From: an uncultured virus (IMG/VR IMGVR_UViG_3300029288_000155)
Taxonomy: Duplodnaviria; Heunggongvirae; Uroviricota; Caudoviricetes
Length of the DNA: 20,000 nt
Virus record (IMG/VR): IMGVR_UViG_3300029288_000155
Reading direction: 5' to 3' (one strand)
In this document: one piece after another, positions 16,743-20,000 of the stretch
Position numbering within the stretch: the first letter of the stretch is position 1
Layout: every line of letters begins with the position of its first letter
Notes under the pieces: generated by a model
What the model was told of the DNA's origin: nothing
The model's database searches: none
What the model saw: only the letters and a program-made list of their open reading frames with translations
Made by a program: the position numbers and the translations under genes

Positions 16743-17627
16743 CTAAAAAACAATAGATGCAACAGATAAATCATCATAATGAAAAATGTTATCTTTTTGA
16801 CATTGTTTCAAATATGTATTTAATCTTCTTTTTAAAAAATTCTCATTTTTATTTTTAATATTACAAATATTATAAATTGGCTCATGAAAAGAAATAGGTT
16901 CATTTATTTTTGATGTATCTGAACTAGAAATCTTATAAAATGATTCTATTCCATCAGAAAAAAGAAAGATACTGTCAAAAAATGACAGGTCATTATGAAA
17001 AAATACCGAAAAAGAATAATTATTTCTCATTACAACTACAGAATCTAAAACTCTCCAAAGGATATCTGCCTTATGAGAATCTAAATCAATATTTTCTATA
17101 CTCTTGTCTTTATTTATTTTTTCAAAAGAAATAATATTTTCTTTAGAAACTCTACACCAAGATTTTAATCTTTCTTCTGAATTAAAATAATTCATATAAA
17201 ACGGATAATTGTTTTTATAAGAATTTTTTATAACTAATATTGTTTCATCTTTTAATTTTATAGTGATGATTCCATCTCCCAATATTTGACAATAAGTAGA
17301 ATAAGAATTAGATAAAGCAAATATAGAAGTTGCATCCAAAACTTCTTGTGATAATTCTAATTCTTCTATTGTTTTTTGAGAAGAGTCTAAACAAGATGAT
17401 ACATTTATTCTAATAAAAGGAATCAAATTTTGTTTTAAAAGATCATTTTCTATTTCATTTTTAATGCATAAGGTTAGAATTCTTGCCCCTATATCCGTAT
17501 TTAGAGAAGAAGAACATCCATCAGATAAAATAATATAAGATTTATTCTCATCTATTTTTTTAGACAAAGAATAATCTTGACATACTTCATGAGTAGAACC
17601 AATTTGAAAAAAATTATCACAATTCAT
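16743..17627 (-). CDS. PP2C-family protein phosphatase
   Basis: GSTHEVCQD, LSDGCSS, LGDG, FSDG and DDLS metal-binding motifs. Confidence 0.9.
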   Translation of the reverse strand: MNCDNFFQIGSTHEVCQDYSLSKKIDENKSYIILSDGCSSSLNTDIGARILTLCIKNEIENDLLKQNLIPFIRINVSSCLDSSQKTIEELELSQEVLDATSIFALSNSYSTYCQILGDGIITIKLKDETILVIKNSYKNNYPFYMNYFNSEERLKSWCRVSKENIISFEKINKDKSIENIDLDSHKADILWRVLDSVVVMRNNYSFSVFFHNDLSFFDSIFLFSDGIESFYKISSSDTSKINEPISFHEPIYNICNIKNKNENFLKRRLNTYLKQCQKDNIFHYDDLSVASIVF

Positions 17628-17635
17628 AATTTATA

Positions 17636-17676
17636 ATAAAAATAAGGAGAAATAGAATATTCCTCCTTATTTTTAT
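17636..17676. terminator. perfect 14-bp inverted repeat, likely intrinsic terminator/attenuator
   Basis: ATAAAAATAAGGAG(17636-17649) pairs with CTCCTTATTTTTAT(17663-17676); T-rich tail on both strands. Confidence 0.75.
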
Positions 17677-17693
17677 CCCTCATTTAAAACGTC

Positions 17694-18443
17694 TTAAAAA
17701 CTTAAATCTAATAAAGACAACGGTTTAGACATAACTCCTGTCCCTAAAGACTTTGATTGAGCAGAAATAGAATGAGAAACAAAAGCTGCTAATTTGGCTA
17801 AAGTTTTAGCATCGGCATTTTCTATTTCTTCATATTGAGTAAACCCAACATCATCTTTAAATTGAGATAAAACCTTTCCCGTATTATTATTAATCCCTAC
17901 TCCAATAAGAATAGTAACTAAAGATTCTAAAAATTCTTCTTTTATAGCAGAAGATAATTCTTGTTTAATATTATTAGAATTAAAAGATGAAGAATTATCT
18001 TTCCCATCTGTTATAATAAAAATGATCCCATTTGAAGTATAATCGTTATTTTTTAAGGATCTAGCATATTCATTGGTAGCTTGAATGGCGTTTAAAACAG
18101 AATCATATAAAGAAGTTCCGCCATTCGGATTAATGAAATTTTTATAATCAGATAAATCGCATTTTTCTAATAGTTTAAATCCATGTTTTTCTTTTAAAAA
18201 ACTATTAAATGCCAAAATTCTAACTAATAAATTATCTTTTCGTGGACTAAATTGGCAAGACTTAATAACTTCTTTAATAGATTTTTCAAGATCGTTTCTA
18301 TAACTACCAACGCTTCCACTTTCATCTATAACTAAAGTAACTAAAGTATATTCAGTTGCTCCAAGATCTTCTAACTTAGTAGCAGAAAATCCAAAAGTCC
18401 CATTAGCTAATTCAAATGTATCTAAATCATTTTTATTGTCCAT
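17694..18443 (-). CDS. von Willebrand factor A domain protein (TerY-like)
   Basis: MIDAS motif IDESGS, GGTSLYD, IITDG. Confidence 0.9.
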   Translation of the reverse strand: MDNKNDLDTFELANGTFGFSATKLEDLGATEYTLVTLVIDESGSVGSYRNDLEKSIKEVIKSCQFSPRKDNLLVRILAFNSFLKEKHGFKLLEKCDLSDYKNFINPNGGTSLYDSVLNAIQATNEYARSLKNNDYTSNGIIFIITDGKDNSSSFNSNNIKQELSSAIKEEFLESLVTILIGVGINNNTGKVLSQFKDDVGFTQYEEIENADAKTLAKLAAFVSHSISAQSKSLGTGVMSKPLSLLDLSF

Positions 18444-18458
18444 AATAAATCCTTTCTA

Positions 18459-19280
18459 TTATTGGTATTTTTTAATAATTTCTTCAGTAGTAGTTGTTTT
18501 CATTCCACGTTTACTCATATCTTCAATAAATTTCTTTTGGATAGCAGGAAAATCAACAAAAGGAGAAATAACAGGGCTAGTCGCGTCAGTAATAAGAACA
18601 AGCTTCTTAACGTAAGTATCATTCCCGAAACAGTCGGCTATTTGAAAAACTGTCTCCTTAACACAATGTGAACCAGCTTCCCCTGCAATCCAAATTTCAT
18701 CTGCTTCCATTAATACATTAATTAAAGCTGTATTAATTTGAGTAGTGGGGTCCTGTGCATCAGGTACTTCTGCTAGGATACATCCGTAATTCTCCGTGTA
18801 ACAATTGCTCCCCTTGGATACATAATCAATATTTCTAGAGCGTAGTCTTTCCCATTTTAACATAGAATCATAAAGGACTTTAAATATTTGATACCCCTCG
18901 CTAGCAATTAGGCAATGGGTCGGCCAAACACAAAGGGCAAATTTCCCATTTTTTTCTAATGTTTCTGTGTATTGTTGCATTCGTAGAGTTAATTTAGGAT
19001 TAAATGGACGCCAAACCCCGTCCATTACATCTTTATTGGAAATAATGGTAAATGGAGCAGGATTATTTCCATTTTTATCAATCCACCAAGCGGGATGAAA
19101 AACAGACATAAAATGATGGGAATCTAAAGTAGCATGAATTTGACTAATTTTTTCTCCAACCTTGTCAATCATATTAGCAAGTCTTTCCATATCTTTATCT
19201 GCTCCTGGAACAGATAAAGCTCCATCCGGTTTACAAAAGTCGTTTTGTCCGTCTACAATGAGTAAGTGAATATTTTTCAT
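18459..19280 (-). CDS. nicotinamidase/isochorismatase-family cysteine hydrolase
   Basis: IVDGQNDFC..GALSVPGA, LDSH, WPTHC, SKG, AGEAGSHC (Asp-Lys-Cys triad plus metal ligands). Confidence 0.9.
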   Translation of the reverse strand: MKNIHLLIVDGQNDFCKPDGALSVPGADKDMERLANMIDKVGEKISQIHATLDSHHFMSVFHPAWWIDKNGNNPAPFTIISNKDVMDGVWRPFNPKLTLRMQQYTETLEKNGKFALCVWPTHCLIASEGYQIFKVLYDSMLKWERLRSRNIDYVSKGSNCYTENYGCILAEVPDAQDPTTQINTALINVLMEADEIWIAGEAGSHCVKETVFQIADCFGNDTYVKKLVLITDATSPVISPFVDFPAIQKKFIEDMSKRGMKTTTTEEIIKKYQ

Positions 19281-19331
19281 AACAAAATTCCTTTCAAAAT
19301 ATTTTTAAATGTAACTAAAACAACAAATAAT

Positions 19332-19360
19332 ATACTATCAGTTTTCTATTTCCTTGTCAA
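19332..19360 (-). promoter_or_regulatory. sigma70-like promoter for the hydrolase-vWA-PP2C-kinase operon
   Basis: TTGACA(19360-19355)-N17-TAGTAT(19337-19332) with TGn extension; overlaps the end of the upstream gene. Confidence 0.65.
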
Positions 19361-19964
19361 CATCTTTTTTTAAATTATTTTTAAAATTATCATATAAAGA
19401 TATAGTATGGACTATAGCATAAAGACACCAAATGTATCTATAAGTATAATCCCTAAAATCTCTTTCCCATAAATCATCAAATTTGAATCCTTTATATTCA
19501 AAATTATCAGCAACTTCTCTTGCCTTTCCTTCTTCTTCCGAATACCACAAAACTTCGCTCTCAACTTCGTCTAATAATTCTTTTCCTTCTTCTTCAGAGA
19601 GTTCATTATCATAAATATATTGGTCAACTATTTCTTTTATAATTTTTGTAAATAATTCAGAGGAATATTCTTCTGCTCCTCCTGACATGTCTTGAGCTTG
19701 GAGTTTTTCTTTCCAATATCCAGGATTAATTTCTGGTTCTTTTTTTTCTTGTCTAAAAAAATTAAACATATCGGGGAGTCTAGAAAAAACAAAAGATCCC
19801 ATATCTCCACAAAAACATAAATAATTAGGCCAAGTAACGATTTCATAATGATAATATGGGCTTTTGTCTGACATAATTATATGGCGATACTCTCCATCAT
19901 CTTTAAGAATAGACATTTTATGATTTTTAATATGTTTTTTAAATTGATCTTTTATTTCTGACAT
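19338..19964 (-). CDS. phage-type hypothetical protein
   Basis: 208 aa; IVTWPNYLCFCGDMGSFVFSRLPDMFNFFR...INPGYWKEKL resembles a recurrent phage/prophage family of unknown function; AAAGGA SD. Confidence 0.75.
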   Translation of the reverse strand: MSEIKDQFKKHIKNHKMSILKDDGEYRHIIMSDKSPYYHYEIVTWPNYLCFCGDMGSFVFSRLPDMFNFFRQEKKEPEINPGYWKEKLQAQDMSGGAEEYSSELFTKIIKEIVDQYIYDNELSEEEGKELLDEVESEVLWYSEEEGKAREVADNFEYKGFKFDDLWERDFRDYTYRYIWCLYAIVHTISLYDNFKNNLKKDVDKEIEN

Positions 19965-20000
19965 CGTTTTTACGTCCTTTATTTTGTGAATTTATTTCCT

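Noticed and set aside
18459..19280. NAD+ salvage/reconstitution operon
   Set aside because: No phosphoribosyltransferase, NMN adenylyltransferase or NAD synthetase in the window; the hydrolase is linked to vWA/PP2C/kinase instead.
10590..19846. ORFs 10590..10787, 13625..13939, 14871..15167, 16126..16320, 16940..17134, 18462..18671 (+) and 19637..19846 (-)
   Set aside because: Nested antisense or alternative-frame ORFs inside well-supported genes.
1..20000. Genome-wide stop-codon reassignment, prompted by the TAA at 704 and the TAG at 9944
   Set aside because: Long genes are uninterrupted under code 11, and TAA, TAG and TGA all end genes at tight junctions.
1..20000. CRISPR arrays, tRNA/rRNA, IS elements, diversity-generating retroelement repeats
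   Set aside because: No spaced direct repeats, cloverleaf-like GC stems, transposase or reverse transcriptase motifs seen; intergenic gaps are short. By-eye inspection only.
1..20000. Eukaryotic giant-virus origin, suggested by kinase, vWA and glycosyltransferases in AT-rich DNA
   Set aside because: Consistent Shine-Dalgarno sites, sigma70-like promoters and ATGA gene overlaps indicate bacterial-type expression.

Overview
Very AT-rich (roughly a quarter G+C by eye), gene-dense window with no housekeeping genes, tRNA, rRNA or CRISPR. Many short hypothetical ORFs have bacterial Shine-Dalgarno sites, so this is most likely part of a large tailed-phage genome (inference). Minus-strand blocks (1-2977, 3496-4350, 10180-19964) are preceded by sigma70-like TTGACA-N17-TATAAT promoters. 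The plus-strand block (4483-10183) is preceded by a different AGGA-N17/18-GAA motif and looks like late/virion genes. It contains a 1023-aa GLUG/PASTA/beta-helix protein and three adjacent unrelated proteins sharing an N-terminal K-x-A-Q tag (MNWYKLAQ, ...KKMAQ, MNWHKIAQ). The right half carries an apparent operon: nicotinamidase-like hydrolase, vWA, PP2C phosphatase and Ser/Thr kinase (a TerY-P-like triad), running through overlapping genes into DUF2059-like, GT4 glycosyltransferase, KpsC/KpsS-like and SAM methyltransferase genes. An orphan N4/N6 DNA methyltransferase follows. A MazG-like gene is split by one in-frame TAA. All family calls come from motif recognition by eye, not from database searches.
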